Positions 13,820 through 27,913 are shown, counted from the stretch's first letter. The stretch: DNA of 64,000 nt from Octopus vulgaris (GCA_951406725.2 OX597830.1:75020001-75084000), one strand, 5' to 3'. Numbers and translations are program-made. The notes: generated by a model not told the origin, from the sequence alone.

Positions 13820-14050
13820 CTGTTAGGTGGCCAGTCCAGCGGAACGAGACGTCATCAACGTTTTGACCAATCGTTTCGTTAGGTGGCTAGTCAAGCAGAA
13901 CGGGACGTCATCAATATTCTGACCAATCAGAATCGGGTCCGACCTATAGCTGTATTAGATCTGCCTCTTGTCTGTATCCTGTTAGGTGGCCAGTCCAGCG
14001 TAACGGGACGTCATCACTGTTTTGACCAATCATCCCGTTAGGTGGCCAAT
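13820..14050. repeat. ~55-bp repeat with GACGTCA and CCAAT (3 full copies plus 1 partial)
   Basis: gttaggtggccagtccagcg.aacgggacgtcatca....tgaccaatc at ~13822, 13877, 13981 and 14036 (partial). Confidence 0.85.
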
Positions 14051-14055
14051 ATCTC

Positions 14056-14087
<32 letters not shown>

Positions 14088-14129
14088 TAGGTATTGAAAG
14101 GGTTCAATATAGCCTCGTGCCGCACGTCG

Positions 14130-14664
14130 CGAAGAGAGGATTTGGCAGACGGAAACTGAAAGAAGCCCATCGTACATATACATATATACATATGTAATTG
14201 TTGTGTATGTGTCTTTGTGTCACTGTTTGTCCCCCATCGTCGCTTCAGAACTGGTGCCGGTGTATCGGCAAAACTGGCCGATACAATAAGCACCTGGCTA
14301 TAAAAAAAAAGCCGTGGAGTAGATTCATTGAATAAAACCTCTACAAGGAGGTGCTCCAGGATGGCCGCAGTCTAATGATTGAAAGACGTAAAAGATAGAA
14401 AACAAAAGATATATGTAGGTATCTGTATTCTTTTTAAAATTCTTTTATTCTTTTATTTTTTTCTGTCATTACACTGCGGCCATGCTGGGGCACCACATTG
14501 AAGAATCTTTAGTAATTAAGTTTTGTTAAGCCTGGTACTTATTCTATCGGTCTCTTTGCCAAAATATTACGTTACGGGGACGTGAACACACCAACACCGG
14601 TTGTCAAGTGGTGGTGGTGGATGAACACTTACACAAAGACACACACACACACACACACACAGAC

Positions 14665-14748
<84 letters not shown>

Positions 14749-14910
14749 AAACATATATACATACATAAATACATACATACGGCGGCCTTCTCTCAGTTTC
14801 CGTCTACCAAATCTACTCACAACGCTTGAGTTGTCTCGAAGCTATAGTAGAAGACACCTGCCCAAGATACACGTTGTGGGACTGCACCTGGAAGCATGTG
14901 GTCGGAAAGC
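14130..14910. mobile_element. Two SINE family B copies in opposite orientation
   Basis: 14130-14410 plus and 14450-14910 minus; both match 59610-60040. Confidence 0.8.
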
Positions 14911-16524
14911 CTATATAATTAAAATCTAAATTTTATCAAAAGTATTAGTGCTTATACTAAATAATAAAATGAATATTAATTTTCAAACGAAAAATATGTA
15001 TCGTTTCAAAATATAAATGAAGAAAGCAACTACAAATGAATACATACATATTTAATTATGATATATACATATATACGGTTATCAATTTATGTTGCAATAT
15101 TCCTGATGGGAAATCGTGTGTTGAAACCGATATTGTTGTATTTCGGGATGGCCTTGTTCTTTGTTTGTTTTTTTTTTAAAGAAGCTTGTCGTATGGGGTA
15201 AGTGGAACAGGAACACACACGAAAGCAAAAAGTGTCGCTCAAGAGGTCACAGATGTGTGTCGAAAGATTAGAGTAATAAAATAAGTACAGTTATAAACGT
15301 GTAAAGAAAAAATATACGTAGCGCGTGTCTATCTAGCAAGAAAAAAATGATCATACCGAAATACTATATGTGTATGTGTGTATAGATAGATAGATAGATA
15401 GATACACGCACTTATATATATATGCATATATATATATATATATACACACACATATATATATATATCTATCTATATATAATATATATATGTATATATATAT
15501 ATATATCAGCGAAATTATGATACACACAAGTTTATATTAGTTGGTTCCTACGTACATTTCACCATTGTGGTTTTTACTGGTCAATAAAATTTACCTCTGA
15601 TTATCCGTTGCGGTTAAGCAGCCAATTACACTTCAAACATTCAATGATGTGTTTCCAAATAACTACAACGACGATCTGTACACTGGTAACACGTGATATA
15701 GACTTGTGATTTAAATACAACATACCAAGAGCAACAAATATACTGTCAGACCTCCTGCCTACCCAACGAAAAGATATACGCCTGCAGGCGTATATGAAAA
15801 AATTCTAAACGATTATATAACTCCAAATTTAATCAATAAAAAGTTATACAAAGCACCTTTCGATAAGTGGGGAACTTATACTCCAAGGAAACCGGGAAAC
15901 GGCCCTTATGAGCCAGGCGTGGCTCAAGAAGGAACAAACAAACAATGATCGTAGAACAATTTCTTGGTATTACTTGCGATCAACATATCCGCTGCTGGAC
16001 GAGTTTTCGTCTTTTTCTTTCTGTCTCTCTCTGTCTCTCACTGTCTCTGATACATATTATGTTTACAGGCATAGAGTTTCTGTATGAGCTTTTGTTAGAG
16101 GCGAAAGCCACCGTAAATTGCTTGTCAAAAGTGTATATACACAGAAAATGATACACTAAGTACAATATTTAGAAGGCTATTTTTGATTTAACACAGCGTG
16201 CGCGGTATTTCATATTCGAAGCGGCGGTAACCTGCAATAACAGTGAATGTATTATTTACTATTTCTTATAACGGTGAAGACAAATCTCATCTACGTATGT
16301 AACTGGCTGCGGATACACGTCATTGAAAAAGAACTAAAAGTCCGAAATGCATCAGGCATGCACGGTAACCGGTGACAGGACGATTTGTCTTTTCCCTCGA
16401 TATATATTGCGTTTGTAAAGAAAGCATCTTCATAACCGTATTTTTATCTTCGACGAAAATTCCAGTGTCTTGCTTGTCAATGGTATTTTTTATAGATTAA
16501 GTATGATACAGAGATATCTCGGCT

Positions 16525-16658
16525 TGGCTGTATGGTAAGAAGGTCTCGGGTGCATTCGCACTGCGTGATACTTTGAGCAAGTGACCTGCTATAGCCTCGA
16601 GCCGTCCAAAAGCTTGTGAGTGGATTTGGTAAACGGAAACTGAAAGAGGCCCGTCATA

Positions 16659-16735
<77 letters not shown>

Positions 16736-17100
16736 GTGTGTGTGTATCTGTATCTTGTCTGTGTCGGTATGTGTGTGCGTGTATGTTTGTGTGTCTGTGT
16801 TTGTCTTCCCACCATCGTTTGATGACAGATGTTAGTGTATTTACGTCCCCTAACTTAGCGGTTTCATGGATCAATATGTTGTGAGTGTTTATTGAGCGAA
16901 AACACCTAAAAGCTCCACGAGGCTACGGCAGGGGGTCGTAATCCCTGCTGTACTCTTTCACCCTCTTTCTCCCACTCTTTCTTCTGTTGGCCTGCTCGCT
17001 TAGCCAGCGGGGTGGCGTCATTCGAAGGCTAAAACAATGTGAACGCATTGTGACCAGCGATGTGTAACAACACCTGATGGTCTGGTCGGTTACGTGATTA
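16525..17100 (+). mobile_element. SINE family B (16525-16865) fused to the body of SINE family E (16876-17100)
   Basis: Similarity to 59610-60040 and 22170-22472. Confidence 0.8.
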
Positions 17101-17354
17101 CGTGATATATATATATATGTAGGTATATGTTTGTATTTATACACACAAAGAAGTCCGAATTGCACAGAATACAAATGATATAGAAAAGTAAATGGGTTGA
17201 AGAAAAGTATTTCAAACCCAACAGCTGTTTCTGGAGGTTCCAACCTAATGTTTTTGGACTGATGCCATCGTAGAGGAGACGCTGGTCTCATCCTAAGTTG
17301 CAATCCATCTACAAATAGAAATATTAATATTTCCGAATCTCCCCAAAGTAGACG

Positions 17355-17615
17355 GACCGGCTGCGTGTTGTGTTCTTGAGCAAGATACTTTATTTCACGT
17401 TGCTCCATTTAACTCATCTATAGAAATGAATTGCAACATCACTGGTGCCAAGCTATATCGGCGTTTGCCTTTCTCTTGGATAAAATCAGTGATGTGGAGA
17501 GGGGAGACTGGTATGCATGGGCGACTGCTGACCTTCCATAAACAACCTTGCCCGGACTTGTGACTGGGAGGGTAACTTTCTAGGTGCAATCCCTTGGTTA
17601 TTCATGACCGAAGAG
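17355..17615 (+). mobile_element. SINE family C (5'-truncated)
   Basis: Reverse complement of 41990-42240. Confidence 0.85.
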
Positions 17616-18415
17616 GGTCTCCTCATATACACACACGCATACATAAGAAAATGAGAAAACAAAGAAATAAACATTTGTCCTATGAACTTCATCAGCTTGC
17701 AGCTGCTTCTACAGTGGACTTCTAGTTTGTAGACTCAATAACAATACATAGCTTCATCAGACCCTCAAATATGGATGCGATTTATTTTTAATGAATATAT
17801 GTAAGAAACAAATTATGAAGTCAGGCTGTAGAAATCGTCACAAACATACATATGATTCTTTATAGATCATTAATTTTACGATTTTCAAAATTTAATTCTA
17901 CCCTCGTGTTTATCCATTTTGTTTTCTTTCCTGAAGCAGATATTATAAACATATATCTATACCCGAAGATTAATCTTTAAAAAGGAAATACATTAAACTC
18001 CACCTCCAAGCATTCTGAGTACTTTAATATATGATTGCCATATTTCTATAAAGAACCATACAGTAATATAATAGGAACATACGTTTACGTATAGTTTTTC
18101 ATTCCTTTTCCTGTAGTGGTATATATATATATATATATATATACATTTATTTTTGGTGTTTTCATTGAGACGTCGATAGAGTAGTCTAATTAGGATTAAA
18201 ACCGAGGAATAAAGCGGAAAGAATTTTATACGAATGTTTATTTAAGGATTAAAATATGTTTTTCCACCACCCACACACGTGTTTCCGGATTATTTCCTCA
18301 GCAGTGTGGTTTCGTAGCTATTTTTTAATGTCTATTACAAGTATTGTAAGTGCATATATATGTGCATGCGTGTGTGTGCACGCGCGTATATATATGTAAG
18401 TATATATATAACTAT

Positions 18416-18517
<102 letters not shown>

Positions 18518-18706
18518 ATATATACGTATATTTATGTATATCTCTATGCTTATATAAACTAGCAAAAAAATTACAGTAATTTTTTGCTAGTTTATTTTGT
18601 CTTTTTGTCTTCTCCCCTGGTGCTGTATGAACATTTAATGTGGTTTTAGAGTCAAGTTTTGGCTGCTATTTCCAGCGTGGTGGTATCTCTTAGATACCCA
18701 AAAGTG

Positions 18707-18836
<130 letters not shown>

Positions 18837-18869
18837 TGAGTTTAACGCAGGTGTAATCAAATATTTTTA

Positions 18870-18953
18870 CTTTCGACAAATGGTTCGAAAATTCCACTAA
18901 TACTATTCAAAAGAATAAATGGTATAAACAATGCAATCTTCTCCTCAGGAAAG
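18870..18953 (-). ncRNA. Hammerhead ribozyme family 2 (core mutated GAAA>GAAC)
   Basis: CUUUC-CUGAGGA-GAAGAUU...AAUUUUC-GAAC-CAUUUG-UC^GAAAG. Confidence 0.7.
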
Positions 18954-19136
18954 TGAAAATAGCGAAACTCGTCAATAAGACATTTTAGCAAAGAATGATG
19001 GATTTGTATAGCGATAGACAGAACGCTATTAATATTGTTTAAAAAAACGTTATATGATATAACGTCATAAGTAGCTAACAGAAAGAGTAGGGATACCAAT
19101 AGTGAATGTTAAATATAAAGGAAATTAAAGTTTAAA

Positions 19137-19937
19137 TTATATATAATGATAGAGACTACTTATATGCACTAAATGTATGTTTTTGCCAATGCTTACATCC
19201 GTATGCTCCACGTTTACTAGAGTATTTTTAAAAAAAATAATGAATAATAGCTCAGAATTGCAGAGGAGACAGAATTCCTTGCCTTTGTCATATGGTATCG
19301 AAATTGAGAGAATCAACCATTCTAAATGAAATTGTTCATTGTGGTCTTTTAAATCCCAAATCAGTTTGCTGAGACCGGTACTATTACGTTTATTTCTATC
19401 CCTAAATGTTGAGTAATGGATAGAAATTCTTTTAGAAAACTCTAACGATGTGCTTCCAATATAAAATCGTACTTTATTACGAGTACTGATTATACACTGG
19501 TATATAGAATTTTTAATCTTAGAGTTACTTGACATAAACTTAATTCTATTGGAATTGACTTCAGATACAATAACCTTGTTATTAATATTTCTAGAGGGTT
19601 GGATGATATTAGCTAAATTAATGTTAGTATTAGTAAATGTATCAATATTTACCAGTTTGTTAATATGTGAAGAGATAATTTGCAAGAGAATTTTTGTGTT
19701 TGAAAAACCTATCCTAACCTTATGTGAATTGATAATAGAGTAATATCTAGAATTGTTTGGAAAATTCCTAGCAATAGCTTGACGAAACAGCAGTGGGAGA
19801 TTAGATTTAATTTGTCTCCCGTAAGGAATTATTAACCAAATATTTTTACTAGTATTCATAGCGTAATTACTTTTGAAGGTGTTATATTTACTTTTAGATC
19901 GATAATAGGGGATTAAATAAGGGTTATCTGCCTTCAT
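19137..19937 (-). pseudogene. PLE C-terminal fragment: post-RT region plus GIY-YIG endonuclease (Naiad-like)
   Basis: NIWLIIPY...NFPNNSRYYSIINSHKVRIGFS...IISSHINKL, then SIYQC...FYIGST...KRISIH...TGLSKLIWDLK...W.IL...CLLCNSE. The end is frameshifted relative to the inverted copy (..REYRCKH). Confidence 0.85.
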
Positions 19938-20433
19938 TCGCTTTGTATCGGTGCGTAAGTTATGTTTGTTATCAATAATTCTTTTACGACTAGAAATCTT
20001 ATCTACATTATTGAATTTACAATTAGACTGAGCAGAATCAATGTAGAAAATTTAGAATGGTTGATTCTCTCAATTTCGATACCATATGACAAAGGCAAGG
20101 AATTCTGTCTTCTCTGCAATTCTGAGCTATTATTCATTATTTTTTCTAAAAATACTCTAGTAAACACGGTTATAGAGCGAGAATACAGATGTAAGCATTG
20201 GCAAAAAATAACATTTAGTGCATATAAGTAGTCTCTATCATTATATATAATTTAAACTTTAATTTCATTTATATTTAACATTCACTATTGGTATCCCTAC
20301 TCTTTCTGTTAGCTACTTATGACGTTATATCATATAACGTTTTTTTAAACAATATTAATAGCGTTCTGTCTATCGTTATACAAATCCATCATTTTTTGCT
20401 AAAATGTCTTATTGGCGAGTTTCGCTTTTTTCA

Positions 20434-20517
20434 CTTTCCTGAGGAGAAGATTGCATTGTTTATACCATTTATTCTTTTGAATAGTATTAGTGGAATTTTC
20501 GAAACATGTGTCAAAAG
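20434..20517 (+). ncRNA. Hammerhead ribozyme family 2 (intact core, helix I mismatch)
   Basis: CUUUC-CUGAGGA-GAAGAUU...AAUUUUC-GAAA-CAUGUG-UC^AAAAG. Confidence 0.8.
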
Positions 20518-20715
20518 TAAAAATATTTGATTACAGCTGCGTTAAACTCCATTTATTTATTCATATATTATTCAAAATATTCAATGTAAACACGAAGTTT
20601 CTACCTTTATAAACAAGGAGTTACAACATCTTTACTCGTGAGATTTTTGCTACCCTGGTAACTATTTATTTTTTTTTTCCGTGTTAATTGTTAACAAGGT
20701 AAAAATACACTCATC

Positions 20716-20750
<35 letters not shown>

Positions 20751-21259
20751 ATGTACTATACATATAAATCCATAGAGGCACACACTCGCGCACTATTATT
20801 TATCGCTTTGCTATGTGTTTATAACTCAAATTACCCTCTCGTATATAAAAAAGCGTATTCCTGTCATAGCTTTTAGTGTAAGAGAAAAAGATATGATTTA
20901 TAAAATTCCTAGTACATTTTTTAAACATCCATAAAATACACCCACCAATACGCCCATAATTATTTAGTTAAGGAGACAGCGCAATGCCCATGACCATTAC
21001 ACCACATTGATGACCGACTGAAGAGGCAAGGAAAATAATCTCAAACACCGTAACCCGAAAGCCTGCAACCGTGTGAATTTCATTTAAAACATCAAAATCC
21101 CAGTGGGGGAGCGAAGGTAGATAACGATGTGTATTGCCCATGTAGTCTTCGGGCAAATTTGAACATTGGACGTGAAGATCATCCAGAACAAAAAACCACA
21201 ATGCATGCGGTTCGACGTTAATTCTTTCAGGTAGATTCTTTTTGTCTTTTTGTTTTTTT

Positions 21260-21620
21260 AGAGGAGTAGTTGTGTGGGAAGAAGCTTGCTTCCCAATATC
21301 ATGGTTCCAGGTTCAGTTCCGCTGCGTGGAACCTTGAGCTAGTGTTTTCTACTATAGCCTTGGGCCGACCAAAGCCTTATTGAGTGGATTTGAGAGATGG
21401 AAACTGAAAGAATCCCGTCGTATATATGTGTGCGTGCGTGTGTGTGTGTTTATTTATTCCGCCCATCATTTGGCAGCCGATGTTGGTGGGTTTACGTCCT
21501 CGTAACTTATTGGTTCGGCAAAATAGACCGATAGGATGAGTACTAGGCTAATCAAAAATAAGTCTTGGGGCCGATTTGTTCGATTAAAGCCATTGACTGA
21601 AACAAGTAAAAGAATAAAAA
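21260..21620 (+). mobile_element. SINE family B, near full length
   Basis: tRNA-like head (ggttccaggttcagttcc) plus family B body. Confidence 0.85.
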
Positions 21621-21649
21621 TTCAATTTCAGTTTATGACCTTACCTCTT

Positions 21650-21880
21650 ATTTCTTTATAGCCCACAGAGGGCTAAACGTGGAGGGGACAAACAAGAACA
21701 GAGAAGGGATTAAGTCGATTACATCGACCCCAGTGCGTAACTAGTACTTAATTTATCGACACCGAAAGATGAAAGGCAAAGTCGACCTCGGCGGAATTTG
21801 AACTCAGAACGTAGCGGCAGATGAAATACGGCTACGCATTTCGCCCGGCGTGCTAACATTTCTTTCAGCTCGCCGCCCTA
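21650..21880 (-). mobile_element. SINE family A (Meta/MESC-like core)
   Basis: Reverse complement of ggcggcgagctg...gttcaaattccgccgaggtcgactttgcctttcatc...gtcgataaattaagtac; near-identical to 57475-57706. Confidence 0.88.
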
Positions 21881-22169
21881 TGACCTTACATCTGTTACTA
21901 TTACACCAATAGTTCTTTTAAAAAGTAGCCGTGGAGGACATATCCGACAGATCCATTGCAAACCCACAAGGCCTATCAGATGCACACATCTAACGTGTCC
22001 TTTCCTTAGCAAGATAATAACAGATATAGTGCTATTCTATTAACGTGGAAGTACATAAGGCACCGACCTCTGCAAATTCATCGACCGAGTTTGAACAACT
22101 GAACACCAAAGTTTACTTAGACTAATTGAATACAAAAGAGACGTTTTAAAAGAATGATATACAACGAGT

Positions 22170-22472
22170 GGCGGTGCAATGGCCCAGTGGTAAGGGCAGC
22201 GGATTCGCCGTTGTAGGATCGCGGTTCTGATTCCCAGACCGGGCGTTGTGAGTGTTTATTGAGCAAAAACACCAAAAGCTCCACGAGGCTACGGCAGGGG
22301 ATGGAGGCGATCCCTGCTGTACTCTTATGCCACAACTTTCACTCACTCTTTTTTTCTGTTGGCTTGCTCACTTAGCCAGCGGAGTGGCGTCATTTGAAGG
22401 CTAAAACAATGCGAAGCGCATTGTGACCAGCGATGTGTAGCAACATCTGATAGCCTGGTCGGTCACGGTGAT
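22170..22472 (+). mobile_element. SINE family E, full length
   Basis: A box TGGCCCAGTGG, B box GGTTCTGATTCC; body shared with 16876-17100. Confidence 0.85.
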
Positions 22473-22701
22473 GTACTACGAAACATGCTACCCGCCAAGC
22501 TAAATCTTTTGTCCATTCGGCTCTTTAGGAACGTGTTTCTGAGTACGCTTAAAAAAATTATAGATGAAAGATTAATTTAATATGTTATGTAAATATTGGG
22601 GGTAAGTATGAAGTGATGTTTGAATAAATAAGATACCCTAATTCAAATATCTATTAGAATATTCTCTGAATAACTTTGGGAGTAATTTGTCTCTCTGTTT
22701 A

Positions 22702-23086
22702 AGGCGGCGAGCTGGCAGAATCGTTAGCATGCTGGACAAAATGCTTAGCGGTATTTCGTCTGCCGCTACGTTCTGAGTTCAAATTCCGCCGAGGTCGACT
22801 TTGCCTTTTATCCTTTCGGGATCGATCAAATAAGTACCAGTTACGATATAATGACTTAATCCGTTTGTCTGTCCTTGTTTGTCCTCTCTGTGTTTAGACC
22901 TTTGTGGGTAGTAAAGAAATAGGTATTTCGTTTGTCTTTACGTTCTGAGTTCAAATTCTGCCGAGATCGACCTTGCCTTTCATCCTTTCGGGGTCGATAA
23001 ACTAAGTACCATTGGCGTACTGGGGTCGATCTAATCGACTGGCTCCCTCCCCCAAAATGTCGGGATTTGTGCCTAGAGTAGAAAAG
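22702..23086 (+). mobile_element. Two tandem SINE family A copies
   Basis: Core gttcaaattc(c/t)gccgag.tcgac.ttgccttt.atcctttcggg.tcgat occurs twice. Confidence 0.88.
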
Positions 23087-23098
23087 AATTTGTCTCAC

Positions 23099-23236
23099 TG
23101 TTTAGATCTGCGATTGGGAATAACCGAAGACTGTCCTGTTGCAGATATTCGTCCCCAGCCTGATGATAATCTCTTTTCATTCCTACCAACAGTCATGAAA
23201 TCTCTGTGTGTTGTCTTTTGTTTTCTCACTCAGGCA
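23099..23236 (-). other. Candidate spliced exon (possibly start-codon bearing)
   Basis: Pyrimidine tract plus AG at 23237-23238 and donor A|GTGAGA at 23098; ATG at 23180 opens MKRDYHQAGDEYLQQDSLRLFPIADLN. Confidence 0.25.
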
Positions 23237-24249
23237 CTTATAGAAATTAAAAGAGAGAAATAAATATGTACGTCTCTATATTTCTATGTGTAAGAGTCAA
23301 AATAAATGCTGCTAGATGCAAATGTGTGTTATTAGTGTGTACAGAGTGTTATGTATGTTAATTTAATTTGAAGTGAACGGTCGTCCGACCGTGACGTTCA
23401 ATTTATGTGCAATACTTGTTTGTTTCACATAAATTCTCATTACACTCACGGAGACATTTACACATGACCAAGGAGACATGGGAGAGAGAGAGAGGGAGAG
23501 AATCTTTAGTTGTCCCATCCAACATCAAGCCACCGGTAAGAATGCTGTTCAATTTGAAAAGTGAATATAGTTCTGTGTGCAGTTCATTCATTAAATCGAC
23601 TTCCCGTACAGAAAGTTCTTAGAATCACAAATAGATAGTAATCATTCAAAACCGGTCGGTGAAATATCGATGGTCTGTGTCACACACCAGTCTACGAATA
23701 GAATACCAATATCTTCATAGTTACCTGGAAAAGGAGGGCACACACCAGTTATAATAAATGTAATATTGGTATAAATTTTTTAGCACAAGGCCAGCAATTT
23801 CTGGGATCGACCGCAGTGCTAAACTGATATTAATCTTTACGATCCTGAAAGGGATAAAAAATTAAGACGTCCTTTGCGGAATGTGGTATATGGAATACTT
23901 AGCGACTTTTTGTCCGTCTTCACGTTTTGTGTTCAAATTCTGCCGAAGTGGACCTTGCTTTGTATCCTTTCGGGAACGATAAAATAAACACCATTGGAGC
24001 ACTGGAGTCGAGGCTATCAACTTGCCCCATTTTCCAAAATGCTAGTCTTATGTTAAAAGTTGAAACTAATATTAATTACGCGTCTCTGGTCGAACACGCA
24101 GATCTGTCCTCCACAGCTGCTCTTTATGACGAACGTAGGAGTTTTTGAAATAGACGCACGGTCACAAAGTGAGTTCCACACCAACGTTTAAAATGCTACA
24201 TCAAAATTTTCGTCTACTGAATATCAGTCATATGACGTTATAGCCGCAG

Positions 24250-25240
24250 TGGTGATGATAACGTTGGTGGTGTTATGATAATGGTGGTGGCTTTATTGTG
24301 CTGGTGATAGCATTAAGACTGCGGTTGTGAGGGAGGTGAGGATTAATGATAGTGATGAATGGTGATGCTGATGAAGGAATGATAGTGCTGCTGAGGGAAT
24401 GATGGTGCTGTTGAATAATGATTTTGAGTGATGATAAGTGATAGTGGGATTGCGACAATATTGGAAGCAGTAGCGTAGTGCTGGTGATAGTAATGATGGT
24501 GGTATAGGCAGATGTCTAGATGTGGTAGCTGGTATGAGGAACTTAATATGAGATTAGCAACAGTGTTGGTAATAGCAGTAAGTAGTGTCAGAGGTAGTGG
24601 ACTTGGTAAAGTTGAAAGGACAGTGGTGGTAGTTGTTTAGATGGTGGTTGTGTTAGTTCATGTTTGGTAGTGGCTGATGCGGTAGTGGTCATGGTTGAGG
24701 AGATATAGTGGTTAGTATAGGCGCTTTGTTTTAGTAGTGGTCGAGATGGTAGTGATAGTGGTTGAAGAGGTGATTGTGTTGTGTCAATGCTTGTATTGTT
24801 TTTAGTAGTGGTAGTTGTGGTGGTGGCAGAAGTGGTGCTGATGGTTGAAGACGTAGTGTGAGTGTTTGAGGAGGTGATTCTGATTGTTGTAACTGTGGTA
24901 GTAGCTGTATCGTTGGTGGTTGAGGAGGTGGTTTGGATTGTAATTGCGGTGATGTTTATATGGCTGGTTGTAGTGGTGGTGGTGAGTGTGTCAGTTGAGG
25001 TGATGTAGAGGTTATAGGGATAGGTGAGATTTGCAGTGGTTGAGGTTACAGTGGTGGCGGTAGTATTGACTGCAGCAACGGGTGGGGGATATATGGAGTT
25101 TAAGATGGTAGATGTTTGTGGCGGTGGTCCTGGGGCTTGGCAGGAATTCTGATAGTGATTGTGATGATTGTAGCTCTGGGATTGTGGTATAGGTGATGGT
25201 AGTGATCGTGGTGGTTACTGAATTGGGCGCAGCAACGTTG
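24250..25240. repeat. GT-rich (GGT/TGA) low-complexity repeat, copy 1
   Basis: 24800-25120 aligns by eye with 27596-27913. Confidence 0.75.
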
Positions 25241-25285
25241 TTTTCTTCATGATGTGTATTTCCCGTTATTATATATATATATTAT

Positions 25286-25318
<33 letters not shown>

Positions 25319-25494
25319 AATATTATATATATATACGTTGTTATCTTTCTTTACTTCCCCCCTCTTTCCACTATTATTTGTCTTCAATGGGACTTTGCCA
25401 TTTCGTGTTGCACGACATACAAGTAAAGTATTGATTTTTAATGAGTCGATACATTATAACATTCTGTGTATGAAATAGAGAGAGAGACTGAGAT

Positions 25495-25542
<48 letters not shown>

Positions 25543-25885
25543 GGCGAGAGAGATTTGAAAGATAGGGTGTGAGAAAGAGAAGGACAGAGTGAGATAGAGG
25601 AAAACAGTGAGAATTAGAAAATTGAGAAGAGAATAACTTGTAAAAAAAAACAAAGATGGTGTATGTGAAGACGGCGGGGGTGGGGATACTTGATTTTCTA
25701 TAAATCCTATATTATATGAATCGGTATCAGTCCAATACAGAATAAAGAAAATCGATAATCTTTATTAAATGTGTATCTTCAAATGTGTGTGTATGGGTTA
25801 GTGTACGAATGTATATGTGATTTTGTGTGGCGTATAGAAATATATACGTACGTAATCATATATATATGTGTGTGTGCATGTATAT

Positions 25886-25925
<40 letters not shown>

Positions 25926-26011
25926 ATATGTATATAGGTGTATATATATATATATATATATATACATATATACATACATATATACATATATATATACATG
26001 CATATATATAC

Positions 26012-26043
<32 letters not shown>

Positions 26044-26557
26044 ATACATATATATATATACATATATATATATATGTGTGTGTGTGTGTGTATACATACA
26101 TTCACAAATGTACATATGTATGTATAAATATACAATACGTGCATGCAAGTATACGCATACACATAAATATATACATACGTATATATATATATAACTATAC
26201 ATATATTCGATCTTATCTAAATGTATAAACACACATTACGTGTATGCGTATATGGGCGCGCGTGTATGTGTGTGTGTGTGTTTGCATGCGTGCGTGTGCA
26301 TGTGTATAGAAATATGATGCGTGTATTTTCATTATTTTTATGTTTATATGAACAAACTTGAATACATTGAAATACATGCATAGACATATACATATATACA
26401 TATATGTATATATACGTGTGCCTCTGTGTGTGTTTGTGTTTGTGCATGTATAATATGTGTGTATATGAACGCATTTATATGCAGGCGTCTATGCACACGC
26501 ATGTATTATATGTATGTATATATATATATATATATACGTACATATATATATACATAT

Positions 26558-26620
<63 letters not shown>

Positions 26621-26684
26621 CATACACACACATAGATATATATATATATATATATACATACATATATATATATGTATATATATC

Positions 26685-26728
<44 letters not shown>

Positions 26729-27434
26729 TACACATATTATATTATGTGTGTATGTGTGTGAGAGGAAGAGTTAAGAGAAAAGAATTTGTATACACATGAC
26801 ATACTTGTTAGTGTATTTATGAAATGATATCGAAATAATTCAAAATGAATAAACCAAATCTTCACACCATAACTGTAACAGGCACACACACACACACATA
26901 CACCTATTAAAACTATATTAGCAGACGTGCGCCATTTTGTAAGCTCTATACCCAACCCCAGTAAGAAGAAAAACAGGCGAAGCACGATGACTTCATGGTT
27001 AACCTTATTTTATTCTAATACATTAAGATCCCACAAGCGAATCAGTGTGTAGAAAACTTCACTGAGCTGAGATTATTCGAGACGTTCGCAGATTAAAAAC
27101 CATCTCGGTGTATAAAACGTGGAAACCGTAATCAAGGGAGATAATTCCATTTAAATGGGATGATGGAAAAATTTTAGACTATATAGACATTATATTTACA
27201 TGACATATTGAAATCTGTCGGAAACCTAAGAGCGCATAAGGTAGTAGTTTAAAGCGGTTTTTGTGGCATATAAACGAGTGAGATCACAACCATCCTCTTC
27301 TCTGCAGGAGACGCCGGTCAGTCGAAAGGCTAACACACCAGCTATTACGGGAAATTGATGGCTAAAAGGACAGGTGTAACGGTTAATAAAACGTTTTACT
27401 CAAGGACAAACCATACCACCCTCTTCGGGAATGA

Positions 27435-27913
27435 CTAATGTTTAATAATAGTGATGAATGATGGTGCTGAAGAATGAATAATGGTGTTGAGTGATAGTGC
27501 TGATGTGTAACGGTACTGATCAGTGAAAGTGCTCATGAGTGATGGTAATGATGAGTAAAGGTGCTGTTGAGTGAAGGTGCTGGTAGCGCTTATAGTTTTG
27601 GTAGTGGTAGCTGTGGTAGTGGCAGAAGTAGTATTGATGGATGAAAACAGAGTGTTTGAGGAGGTGATTATGAGAGTTGTGACGGTTGTAGTAGCTGGAT
27701 TGTTGGTGGTTGAGAAGGTGGTTTGGATTGTAATTGTTGCGATGTTTACATGGCTGGTTGTGGTCATGGCCGTGGTGGTGAGTGTGTTAGTTGAGGTAAC
27801 GTAGAGGTTATAGGGGTAGGTGAGATTTGCAGTCGTTGAGATGGCAGTTGAGGTAGTAGTATTGACTGTGGCAAGGAGGATATATGGTGTTTAAGATAGT
27901 AGATATTATTTGT
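27435..27913. repeat. GT-rich low-complexity repeat, copy 2
   Basis: Diverged direct copy of parts of 24330-25120; its minus strand gives the Thr-rich ORF 27435-27767. Confidence 0.75.

Noticed and set aside
13820-14050. CRISPR-like repeat array
   Set aside because: Eukaryotic context, degenerate units, no regular unique spacers and no cas genes.
15095-15137. CTGATGG..GAAACC with caatat/atattg flanks
   Set aside because: Core and helices too degenerate to call.
18268-18309. Minus-strand CUGAGGA..GAAACACGUGUG as a functional hammerhead
   Set aside because: Helix II is missing and the site is GUG; at most a decayed remnant.
19137-20670. Selenocysteine recoding or SECIS, as reported for some Naiad PLEs
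   Set aside because: No in-frame TGA in the ORF fragment and no convincing AUGA/AA/GA SECIS fold seen.
21015-21070. CTGAAGA...GAAA
   Set aside because: No supporting helices or NUH site.
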